In this document: positions 36,868-48,257 of the stretch, one piece after another
How the letters are laid out: every line of letters starts with the position of its first letter
Numbering within the stretch: the first letter of the stretch is position 1
Assembly (NCBI GenBank): GCA_043228905.1
Contig: JBHGNT010000015.1
Coordinates: 14,136,001-14,200,000 of the forward strand
Reading direction: 5' to 3'
DNA from: Azolla caroliniana
Lineage: Eukaryota; Plantae; Polypodiophyta
Length of the DNA stretch: 64,000 bases
Notes under the pieces: model-generated
What the model was told of the DNA's origin: nothing
The model's input: only the letters and a program-made list of their open reading frames with translations
Databases searched by the model: none
Program-made: the position numbers and the translations under genes

Positions 36868-36930
36868 GGGCCTAGCCTAATGGTAGGTGTGTTGACTTTA
36901 TTGTATGAGGTTGTGGGTTCAAGTCTCAAA
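36868..36930 (+). other. tRNA-like Pol III A/B-box cassette
   Basis: A box TAGCCTAATGG at 36873, B box GGTTCAAGTCT at 36916. Confidence 0.6.
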
Positions 36931-37039
36931 ATACTATTGAATACAACATACAACTTTATTTTTATATCATGAAGCAAATCCTTTATGTAATATAAAGTAT
37001 ATATAAAGTATGCTTTATACAATTTATGTATATTACTAG

Positions 37040-37100
37040 TATAGAGTAAATGGTAAGATTTGAGAGTCATAGGGTGGGGTTATTGGTTCAAGTCCTCTCT
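37040..37100 (+). other. tRNA-like Pol III A/B-box cassette
   Basis: A-like TAGAGTAAATGG at 37042, B box GGTTCAAGTCC at 37085. Confidence 0.5.
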
Positions 37101-37281
37101 TGTTCGTGTAATATAATATATTTATCTATATATATTATTTGTCTTTACATATATATAATATTATCATATGTGTTGTTAATATTATCTTTATATATAAAAC
37201 ATGATCAAATGTTATTTTAGTTACGTATCTATCTTATTGTAGACTTTTAATGTGAAGCTTTCATACTTCACGACAACGCTG

Positions 37282-37352
37282 TCAACCAGATCCACCTTAT
37301 TATTCGCCTTCAACCCCAACGCTATTCTGATGACTTTTGACGAGTCGGGCTC
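37282..37352 (+). pseudogene. gag: Chromovirus gag, inverted part 2
   Basis: NQIHLIIRLQPQRYSDDF*RVGL links part 1 to part 3. Confidence 0.75.
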
Positions 37353-37956
37353 AGACAAGAATACACGCTCCCTTTGAACAACGCTCGGCCACTACCGAGC
37401 CTAGAATCATACACAGAAAACGGGAAATGAACGCACGACACAGTGAAGAGAAGAGTACACAGGATGTTTACATGGAAAACCCAAACTAGGGAAAAACCAT
37501 GGGAGCCCACAGGCTGCAAATTATCACTATGTTACAATGTACAACAGTAAAGCACCGAGGCAACAACCTCGAGCTTTCTATCTTCGCCACAGGCGGCGGT
37601 TACAACAGAGGCAACAACCTCTTCCTCTCTCTCACTCTCTCTGTACACTGTTGTGCTCTAATCTTGCACCAACACGAATAGCAACAACAATCGTCTTCAC
37701 TTGGTTTGCCCTAAGTCATATTTATGCTAATAAGACTTTTCGGCTATTTACAAATATAGCCCCGATGGACTCTTAGAAAACATATTTACGAATATGTCCC
37801 TTCATCCGGTGAACACTCCTCACCGAGCCTGCATCATCCGACGCTTGCCGGGCCCTCATCATCTGGTTCTCACCGGGTCTTCCATAGCCGGGTACTCGTC
37901 ATCCGGTTCTCCTCACTTCCCATCCGGAGGGATTTGTTTCCTAACAAACTCCCCCT

Positions 37957-40900
37957 TCACTCCGGCATGGGATGTCTTACTAGTCCGATCCGCTTCCGAC
38001 ATGCATCCAGCTTGTCGAGTATCAGTACTTTGGTCAGCATATCTGACCCATTCTCGGCCGTGTGGATCTTCGTCAGCGCGAAGTCTCGATCTTCTACTCG
38101 CTCCCAGATCCAGTGATACCTACGCTAGTTGTGCTTCATCCGGGAATGGTAGGCCGTGTTCTTAGCAAGGTGGATGGCACTTTGACTGTCGCAATAGAGC
38201 CAATATTCATCTTGCTGGCTACCGAGCTCTCCAATGAAGTCCTTCATCCATAATATTTCCTTGCCGGCTTCCACAACCGCCATGTACTCCGCCTCCGCGG
38301 TTGACAACGCAACCGTCTTCTGCAGCCTCGACTGCCACAAAACAGCTCCCCCTACATACGTCATTACATACCCGGATGTAGACCGGCTAGTATCCACATC
38401 AGCCGACATTTCCGAATTGGTGAAACCGTCAAGTTGAGGTTTACCGGAGCCGAATTGGAGACACATGTTCGAAGTGCCCTTCAAATACCAGAGTATCCAC
38501 TTGACCGCGTTCCAATGCTCCTTGCCACGATTGCTCATAAACCGGGTCACCACTCCGACTGTGTGTCCTATATACGGTCGGGTACACACCATTGCATACA
38601 TTAAGCTCCCGACGGCAGAGGCGTATGGAACCTTCATCATATCAGCCTTCTCTGTTTTCGTCTTCGGGCTTTGCTTACCGGATAATCTGCAGTTTGCCGG
38701 GAGTGTCGATCCGACCGGTTTCGCTTCTAACATGTTGAACCGTTGAAGTACCTTTGTCACGTATTTCTCCTATGACAGCCACAACTGCTTCGTTGGCCGG
38801 TTCCGGATGATATGCATCCCCAGCATCTGTCTTGTTGGACCGAAGTCTTTCATTGCGAAGGTTCAATTGAGAGCTTTCTTCAACATCCGTATTTTGGCTT
38901 GGTCCCGTCAGACGATCAACATGTCGTCCACGTACAGGAGGAGTATCAGGAAGTCGTCTCCTTCAAACTTCTTCAAAAACACGCAGTGATCGGCCTGCAT
39001 CTTGTGGTACCCTTGATCAGTCATGAAGGAGTCGAACTTCCGGTACCACTGCTTGGGAGCTTGCTTCAGTCCATACAGGCTCATCTTCAACCGGCATACC
39101 AGGTGCTCCTTCCCTTTCTCCCCGAATCCTTCCGGTTGCTGCATGTAGATCTCCTCTTTGAGGTCACCGTGAAGGAATGTCGTCTTCACGTCTAGCTGCT
39201 CTACCTCGAGGTCCATGCTTGCCGCTATACTCAGCACCGTCCGGATGGAGGTCATCTTTACTACCAAGGCAAATATCTCGTCGAAGTCCACGCCCTTCTT
39301 CTGTTGGAACCCCTTCACCACGATCCTGGCTTTGTATCTCGGGGGGTTGTCGGCATCTCCTAGTTTCAACTTGTACACCCACTTGTTTCGGAGTGTCTGC
39401 TTTCCTTTCGGCAACTCCACCAATTCGTACGTATGGTTCTCATACAGGGAATCCATCTCATCCTGCATGGCACTTAACCATTTGTGGTTGTGGGTGTCAC
39501 TTTTAGCTTCCTCGAAACTTTCTGGCTCCCCCTCATCGGTCAGCAGCACATGCTCTACATCCGGAAATCTCCGGGGGGCCCTTCTCTCTCTGAGAGGATA
39601 TCTCCGTCTCTTTGAGCTTCGGTAACCGGCCCCTCCATTTGCTCTTCATCCGAATCCGATTCGGGGTCTTGGCCGGTTCCGGTTTCAGCTTCCTCTACTT
39701 TTTCTTCAGCCGGTTCGGTATCCTCACCGTAACCGGCTGGTTCCTCGAGTGCTAACCGGTCTCTTGACGGTTGGGTCTGCTCATCGTAGAATCGATCCTT
39801 ACCGGTCGACTCGGAGTTCATTATCTTCTTCTCCGACTACCACTCGACGAGCGTCTTTTCCTCCATGAAGATAATATCTCGCCTCTGGAATACCTTCCTG
39901 TCGACCGGGTCCCACACTCGGTAGCCGAACGCATCGTCACCGTAACCGAGGAATATGAATGGCCGGGTCTTTGGATCTAACTTTCCTCTCCGGTCCTTAG
40001 CAACATGCACGTACACGAGACACCCGAACACCTTCAGATGCCGGTAGGACACTTCCTTACCGGTCCAGACTCTTTGTGGCGTGTCTCCGTCCAAGGGTAC
40101 CGAGGGTGATCTGTTTATCACATATGTCGCCGTCGATAGTGCCTCAGCCCAAAACTTCTTGGGTAGTTTTGCATGCGCCAACATACTCCGAACCCTCTCC
40201 ATTATGGTCCGGTTCATCCTCTCGGCCAACCTGTTTAGTTCCGTCGTCTTCGGCACGGTAAATTCGAGCCGGATTCCCTTCGAGCGGCAGTACTCCTCGA
40301 ACTGCCCCCGGTATTCTCCTCTGTTATCTGAGACGCCTTCAACTTCCAGCCAGTTTCTCTTTCCACTCTCACGTGGAGCTCTTTGAAGACGGATAGCACC
40401 TGATCCTTCGTCTTCAATGGTGTGGCCCACAGCTTCCGGCTGTGGTCATCAATGAACGTCACGAAGTACTACGATCCTGCATGTGACTTTGTGTCCACTT
40501 GACACACATCAGTATGCACCAACTCCAGTGGTGCATTACGTCTCATCGGTGGCCTTGGTCTGAAGGAGGTCCGGTTTTGCTTACCGGCCAGACAATCAGT
40601 GCACTTCTCCAAGTGCACATTGTTCACTGGAATGAGGTTGTCTTCTGCAAACCTCTTCATCCCCTTCTCGCTCATGTGACACAGCCTCTTGTGCCACAGC
40701 TCACCGGCAGTGTCGGATGCCACGTTCACTTCTTCTGGGCATAACCGGGCATTCATCAGGTACAACGTGTTTACCTTCTGGGCCCGAGCCACAATCAAGC
40801 TCCCTTTGTTGAACTTCATGACACCGTTCTGGATGCTACCCGTGTAGCCTTCATCATCTAGCCGACCGGTTGATATCAGGTTCAAACGAACCTCCGGAAC

Positions 40901-41689
40901 GTGTCGGACATCCTTCAACAGCAGCTTGCATCCATTTGGTGTTGTCAACTACACGTCTCCTATGCTGACAATTCGGCATGTACCTTTATTCCCCATCCGG
41001 ACACAACCGTGATCACTAGCTGAGTAGGATGAGAAGCATTTCCGGTCTGGGGTAAGGTGGAATGACGCTCCGGAGTCGACCACCCAGGTCATCTCGTCGT
41101 CAGCAAGATTTAGCTCACTCTCCTCGGTGATGAGCATCAACTCTTCTTCACTTGCCGCGATTGCAGTTGTTCCCTTCCGGTCCGTTCCCCTCCGGTCTTT
41201 ACGGTTCCGGTTCGGTGTCCGCTTCGAATCGGTAGCGTCGGTTTCCTTGTCTTTTCGGAAATGCCGACAGTTCTGCTGGAAGTGTCCCGGCTTGCCGCAA
41301 TAGAAGCAAGTAGGCCTCCCCCTTGACTTTGACCGTGTCCCCGACTTTTCCCGGTTCTGGGGGCTACGGTTCCTTTGTCTTCCACGTTCCAATTCGGTAA
41401 GGAGCGCTTTGGAGTCGGAGCTCGTATCCTTATCTTTCTGACGCGCCTCCTCATCTAGTAAGCTCGACTTCACTCTTGCTAGGGATAACGTTTCCCTTCC
41501 GTCCCGGCGTTGCCCAAAGTCACAACGAACGTCTCCCAACTATCTGGGAGGGAACCGAGAGGAGTAGCGTTAGTACCTCATCGGCGAGAGGTACTTCCAA
41601 TGATATTGCTTGGTGGATAAGCCCCTGGAAGGCATTCATGTGCTCCGCCACGTTGGAGTCGTCTTGGTACTGGAGTCATACTAGCTTCC
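37957..41689 (-). pseudogene. Copia E gag C-terminus and pol
   Basis: CFYCGKPGHFQQNC, WVVDSGASFH, WHKRLCH, YVDD, RNase H motifs; many stops and frameshifts. Confidence 0.92.
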
Positions 41690-44600
41690 TGTTGGGATTA
41701 CGGTCCCTCCGGATGGGATGGTCAGATGTCCGGGAATCGGGATGAAGACCCCGGCTACGGAGCCGGATGATGAAGACCCCGGCTACGGAGCCGGATGACG
41801 AATGTACCCGGAGAGAGATCCGGATGCGGGGACATATTTGTGAATATGTTTGCCAAGGGCCCTCTAGGCTATATTTGTAAATAGCCCGAAAGTCATATGT
41901 GTATAAATATGACTTAGGGCAAACAGTTTTGTTGTTGTTGCTCATTTTTTCTGTTTTCCACTTAGAGGGAGCGAAGTGAGAGCAGCCGAGAGAGAGAGTG
42001 AGAGAGGGAAAGGAAGAGGTTGACGCCTCTGTGTAATACCGCCGCCTGTGGCGAGGACAGTGAGCTCAAGGTCGTCGCCTTGCAGCTCGCCATTGTACAT
42101 TCCCTGCGTATAGTGATAGTTGGAGTCTTGCACTCCCGTGGTTTTTCCCGTCTAGGGTTTTCCACGCTAAACCCTGTGCATTCGAGTCTTTCTCTGTGTC
42201 TTCGATTTACTGCTGCATTGATCCGTGTTTCCTCGGTTGTGGCCGAGAGGTGAAGGTTTTAGAAAGCGTCGATTTCCAACAATCTGGTATCAGAGCGACT
42301 GCAGTGCAAAAAATGGAAGGCGGCAGCAGCGGGCAGTCGGGGATGATGGTGCTGAATGCGCAGAACTACGCCGACTGGAAGATAAAGATGGAGGATCTGC
42401 TCATTGTTCGGGACCTGTATGAACCGATCGACAGGTCGGAAATACCCAAGGGGGTACTTGAGACGGAATGGAGGCTTCTGAACCGGAAAGCCGTTGCAAC
42501 CATTCGGCAATACGTCGACGTGAGCGTTCTACAACATGTGGCAAACGACACCAACGCATATGAGATGTGGCAGAAGCTGTCGGGCCTCTACGAGAGGAAG
42601 AATGCGTTGAACCGGACCTCCCTGATGAGGAAGATAGTGAACCTCAAGTACCGGGACGGCGAGAATATGGTGGAACACGTAAGCACGTTCATGGGATTCG
42701 TGAACCAGCTTGCGGCGATCAAGTTCCCGTTGGAGGATGCAATGCAAGCCATCATTCTGATGTGTACATTGCCGGAAAGCTGGGAGAACTTGGTGGTGAC
42801 TCTCAGCACCTCCTGCACCGAAGATAACTTGTCTCTACAAACGGTAAAGACAAGCATTTTGAACGAAGAAGCGCGTCGGAGAGATAAAGAACCGGCCTCC
42901 GATCCGAAGATGCTGCTTACCGAATCGGATCGGGGAAGACAACGGAACCAGAGTCCGCAAAGACGGGAGAAGTCGGGGACCCGGTCGCAGTCAAGAGGAA
43001 GGCCCACATGCTTCCACTGTGGGAAGCCGGGGCACTTCCGAAAGAATTGTCGGCATTACCGAAAAGACAACGGAGCCGACGACACCGATTCGAAGAAGTC
43101 TTCGGAACGGAACGGTGCTTACCGGGGAGCCACGGACTGGAATGGTTCGGATCGGCGAGGGCAGGACCGGAAAGGAACGACGGCACTCGCGGCAAGTGAA
43201 GAGGAGATCATGCTCATCACCGAAGAAGGTGAACTAAACATTGCCGGCGATGAGACTACCTGGGTGGTCGATTCCGGAGCGTCGTTCCACCTGACCCCGG
43301 AAAGAAGATACTTCTCATCCTACACAGCCGGTGAGCATGGCTGTGTTCGGATGGGAAATGAAGGTACGTGCCGGATTGCCGGCATAGGAGACGTGTGGTT
43401 GACAACCTCGACCGGATGCAAAATGTTGCTGAAGGATGTCCGACACGTTCCGGAGGTTCGATTGAACCTGATTTCGGCCGGGAGGCTAGACGATGAAAGC
43501 TACACAGGTAGCATCCGGAACTGCGTAATGAAGTTCAGCAAGGGGAGCCTGATAGTGGCTCGGGCCCGGAAAGTCAACACACTGTACCTTATGAATGCCT
43601 GGTTGTGTCCGGAGGAGTTGAACGTGGCAGCCGACACAGCCGGTGAGCTGTGGCAGAAGAGACTGTGCCACATGAGTGAGAAGGGGATGAAGAGGCTTGC
43701 AGAAGACAACCTTATTCCAGTGAAGCATGTGCACCTGGAGAAGTGCACCGATTGCCTGGCCGGTAAGCAGAACCGAACCTCCTTCCACTCAAGGCCACCG
43801 ACGAGACGTAGCGCACCATTGGAGTTGGTGCACACTGACGTGTGTCAAGTAGAAACGAAGTCACATGGCGGAGCCCAGTACTTCGTGACATTCATTGATG
43901 ACCACAGCCGGAAGCTGTGGACGGCACCGTTGAAGACAAAGGACCAAGTGTTGTGCGTCTTCAAAGAACTCCACGCGAGAGTGGAGAGGGAATCCGGCAA
44001 GAAGCTGAAAGCGATACGAGCGGATAACGGAGGGGAATACCGAGGGCAGTTCAAGGAGTACTGTCGCTCGAAAGGAATCCGGCTCGAGTTTACTGTGCCG
44101 AAGACGCCGGAACTGAACGGGCTGGCCGAGAGGATGAACCGGACCATAATGGAGAGGGTCCGGAGTATGCTGGCGCATGCGAAATTACCCAAGGGGTTTT
44201 GGGCTGAGGCAATGTCGACGGCGACATACGTGATAAACAGATCACCCTCAGTACCTTTGGACGGAGACACGCCGCAGAGAGTGTGGACCGGTAGGGAAGT
44301 ATCCTACCGGCATCTGAAGGTGTTCGGGTGTCTCGCATATCTGCATGTGGCAAAGGACCGGAGAGGAAAGCTAGATCTAAAGACCCGGCCATGCATATTC
44401 CTCGGTTACGGCGATGACGAGTTCGGCTACCGAGTATGGGACCCGGTCGACAAAAAGATATTCCGGAGTCGTGATATCATCTTCATGGAGGACAAGACAC
44501 TCGCCGACTGGGAGTCGGAGAAGAAGATGAAGAGCTCCAAGTCGACCGGTGAGGATCAACTCTACAAGGAGCAGTCCCGACCGGCAAGGGACCGGTTAGC

Positions 44601-46960
44601 ACTCGAGGATCCGGCCGAAGACGGTGAAGAAACAGAACCGGCCGAGGAAGATGAAACTGATACCGGAACCGGCCCCGATCCCGAAATGGATTCGGATGAA
44701 GAGGAAACGGAGGAGCCGGTTACCGAAGCTCCGGAACGGAGATATCCTCTAAGAGAGAGAAGGGCCCCCCGGAGATTTCCGGAACCAGAGCACGTGCTGC
44801 TAACCGACGAGGGGGAACCGGAGAGTTTTGAAGAAGCAAAGCTTGACACCCATAGCCGCAGGTGGTTAAGTGCCATGCAGGAGGAGATGGATTCCCTGCA
44901 TGAGAACCACACATATGAACTTGTGGAGTTGCCGAAAGGAAAGCGGGCACTTCGAAACAAGTGGGTGTTCAAGCTGAAACCGGGAGATGCCGGAAACCCC
45001 CCGAGATACAAAGCCAGGATCGTGGTGAAGGGGTTCCAGCAGAAGAAGGGCGTCGACTTCGACGAGATATTTGCCCCGGTAGTGAAGATGACCTCCATCC
45101 GGACGGTGCTGAGCATAGCGGCAAGCATGGACCTCGAGGTAGAACAGATGGACGTGAAGACGACATTCCTTCACGGTGACCTCGAAGAAGAGATCTACAT
45201 GCAGCAACCGGAAGGATTCGAGAAGAAAGAGAAGGAGCACCTGGTATGCCGGTTGAAGAAGAGCCTTTACGGACTGAAGCAGGCTCCCCGGCAATGGTAC
45301 CGGAAGTTCGACTCTTTCATGACCGACGAAGGGTACCACAAAACGCAGTCCGATCACTGCGTGTTTGTGAAGAAGTTCGAAGGAGGAGACTTTCTAATAC
45401 TCCTCCTGTACGTGGACGACATGTTGATCGTCGGACGGGACCAGGTCAAGATACGGATGCTGAAGAAAGCGCTTCACCGAACCTTCTCAATGAAAGACCT
45501 GGGTCCGGCGAGGCAAATACTAGGGATGCACATCATCCGGGACCGGAAGAAGAAGCAGTTGTGGCTGTCACAGGAGAAGTACGTGACAAAGGTGCTTCAC
45601 CGGTTCAACATGTCGGAAGCAAGACCGGTCGGGTCAACCCTCCCGGCAAACTACAAGTTGTCCAGCAAGCAAAGCCCCAAGACAAAGGCTGAGAAGGAGG
45701 ACATGATGAAAGTACCATATGCCTCTGCCGTCGGAAGCTTGATGTACGCAATGGTGTGTACAAGACCGGACATAGGATATGCAGTCGGAGTGGTGAGCCG
45801 GTACATGAGCAATCCCGGCAAAGAGCACTGGAACGCGGCCAAGTGGATACTCCGATACCTGAAGGGCACGACAAACGTGTGTCTCCGATTCGGCTCCGGT
45901 AAGCCCGAACTCGACGGCTTTACCGATTCGGATATGTCGGCTGATGCAGATACCAGCCGGTCCACATCAGGGTATGTGATGACGTATGCAGGGGGAGCTG
46001 TTTCGTGGCAGTCGAGGCTGTAGAAGACGGTTGCGTTGTCAACCACGGAGGCGGAGTACATGGCGGCTGTTGAAGCCGGCAAGGAAATAATATGGATGAA
46101 GGACTTCATTAGAGAGCTCGGTATCCGGCAGGAGGAGTACCGACTCTACTGCGACAGTCAGAGTGCCATCCACCTTGCGAAGAATGCGGCCTATCACTCC
46201 CGGACGAAGCACATCCAGCGAAGATATCACTGGATCCGGGAAAAGATAGAAGACCAGGAGTTCGTGCTGACGAAGATCCACACGGACGAGAACGGGTCAG
46301 ATATGCTGACCAAAGTGCTCACACCCGACAAGCTGGAAGCGTGCCGGAAGAGGGTCGGACTGGAAAGACATCCCATGCCGAAGTGAAGGGGGAGTTTGTT
46401 GGGATTACGGTCCCTCCGGATGGGATGGTCAGATGTCCGGGAATCGGGATGAAGACCCCGGCTACGGAGCCGGATGACGAATGTACCCGGAGAGAGATCC
46501 GGATGCGGGGACATATTTGTGAATATGTTTGCCAAGGGCCCTCTAGGCTATATTTGTAAATAGCCCGAAAGTCATATGTGTATAAATATGACTTAGGGCA
46601 AACAGTTTTGTTGTTGTTGCTCATTTTTTCTGTTTTCCACTTAGAGGGAGCGAAGTGAGAGCAGCCAAGAGAGAGAGTGAGAGAGGGAAAGGAAGAGGTC
46701 GACGCCTCTGTGTAATACCGCCGCCTGTGGTGAGGACAGCGAGCTCAAGGTCGTCGCCTTGCAGCTCGCCATTGTACATTCCCTGCGTATAGTGATAGTT
46801 GGAGTCTTGCACTCCCGTGGTTTTTCCCGTCTAGGGTTTTCCACGCTAAACCCTGTGCATTCGAGTCTTTCTCTGTGTCTTCGATTTACTGTTGCATTGA
46901 TCCGTGTTTCCTCGGTTGTGGCCGAGAGGTGAAGGTTTTGGAAAGCGTCGATTTCCAACA
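41690..46960 (+). mobile_element. Copia F: young, nearly intact element
   Basis: LTRs at 41690-42281 and 46397-46960 (about 6 transitions plus one 28-bp duplication), TSD CTTCC, PBS TGGTATCAGAGC 42285-42296, PPT 46381-46396. Confidence 0.97.
42313..46386 (+). CDS. Copia F Gag-Pol polyprotein with one premature TAG (46021-46023) in RNase H
   Basis: Single frame containing CCHC, DSGA protease, HHCC/DDE integrase, YVDD RT and RNase H; the TAG sits where A and E have CAG (SRLQKT). Confidence 0.95.
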
Positions 46961-47276
46961 CTTCCGGAATACCGAAACCTGGTTAACAACATTTTTGTTC
47001 TGAAACATAATGTCGATCTTCTCCCAGAGTTCATGAGCCTTGCTCTCTTCATTGAAGTTGTTGTATAGGCTCATGTCGATGAAGCACCGTATGTAAGCCG
47101 TTGTCTTCATGTGCATCACCTCCCATATCGTGGCGTCGATTTTGTCCGGTCTCTTGTCCCCGAACTGAACCGGCAACCAAAGATCTTTAACCACGAGCAT
47201 GTCCCTCATCTTCGACTTCCACACTGAATAGTTTGAGCCGGTGAGCTTGAACATGCCGCCCAACGATTCGTCCATT
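46961..47276 (-). pseudogene. gag: Copia E gag N-terminus
   Basis: MDESLGGMFKLTGSNYSVWKSKMRDMLVVKDLW...AHELWEKI directly downstream of the PBS. Confidence 0.9.
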
Positions 47277-47899
47277 TTCTGTATTGTTTCGCTCTGATAC
47301 CACTTTGACAGGAATACACGCTCCCTTTGAACAACGCTCGGCCACAACCGAGCCTAGAATCATCCACAGAAAATGGGAAATGAACACACGACACAGTGAA
47401 GAGAAGAGTACACAAGATGTTTACGTGGAAAACCCAAACTAGGGAAAAACCACGGCAGCCCACTGGCTACAAACTATCACTATGTTACAATGTACAACAG
47501 TAAAGCACCAAGGCAACAACCTCGAGCTTTCTATCTTCGCCACAGGCGGCGGTTACAAGAGAGGCAACGACCTCTTCCTGTCTCTCACTCTCTCTGTACA
47601 TTGTTGTGCTCCAATCTTGCACCAACAAGAATAGCAACAACAATCGTCTTCACTTGGTTTGCCCTAAGTCATATTTATGCTAATAAGACTTTTCGGCTAT
47701 TTACAAATATAGCCCCGATGGACTCTCAGAAAAAATATTTACGAATATGTCCCTTCATCCGGTGAACACTCCTCACCAGGCCTACATCATCCGGCGCTTG
47801 CCGGGCCCTCATCATCCGGTTCTCACCGGGTCTTCCGTAGTCGGGTACTCGTCATCCGGTTCTCCTCACTTCCCATCTGGAGGGATTTGTTTCCTAACA

Positions 47900-48257
47900 G
47901 GCTCATCAGCACATTTCTGACAGGACAAGTCCAAGCTTGGTGTGCCCCTCTGGTGGAGACCTCTTCGCCCCTCTTGACCAACTTCCAAGCATTTCTTACC
48001 GAATTCGAAGCAACTTTCGGGGAGACCGACAAACGACGAGCTGCACTCAACAAATTATATGCATTACAACAAGGAGAACATGCAACATCAATCTATGCAT
48101 TTGAATTTCATCACCTCGCGTGCGATGTTGAATGGGATGGATAGGCCCTCCTCGATCAATTCCGTCGAGGATTATGAGGTGAGATAAAAAATCTTTTGCT
48201 TAACTTTCCTGAGCCCACATCTTTGAATGAGGTTATTTCCCAAGCTGTGCGCTGCGA
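47900..48257 (+). pseudogene. gag: Chromovirus gag, inverted part 3
   Basis: GLISTFLTGQVQAWCAPL...FLTEFEATFGE...LQQG...DQFRRGL...EPTSLNEVISQAVRC. Confidence 0.85.

Larger units (their letters stand above)
36141..37275 (-). mobile_element. Solo LTR of the Trp-primed Gypsy group, inserted in the hAT right TIR
   Basis: Minus strand starts TGTCGTGAAG (identical to the first 10 nt of the D LTR) and ends CAGACA; 4-bp TSD ACGT/ACGC; layout resembles the 57739-58426 LTR. Confidence 0.75.
31061..37281 (-). mobile_element. Internally deleted hAT DNA transposon carrying a captured PPR fragment
   Basis: 8-bp TSD TCAACCAA/TCAACCAG, imperfect TIRs CATGGTTGTT / (rc) CAGCGTTGTT after removing the solo LTR, TACGTA-type subterminal repeats at both ends, BED-finger and hAT dimerisation exons. 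Confidence 0.88.
37353..47899 (-). mobile_element. Copia E (degenerate; interrupted by Copia F)
   Basis: 594-bp LTRs at 47306-47899 and 37353-37946, TSD GGCTC, PBS TGGTATCAGAGC (47291-47302, tRNA-iMet), PPT 37947-37961. Confidence 0.95.

Noticed and set aside
36868-37100. Genuine tRNA genes
   Set aside because: Only A/B boxes are recognisable; no convincing acceptor or anticodon stems
36143-37281. Second hAT/MITE forming a compound transposon (TAGCGTTG at 36167 versus CAACGCTG at 37281)
   Set aside because: Better explained as a solo LTR with TG..CA ends, a 4-bp TSD and the same first 10 nt as the D LTR
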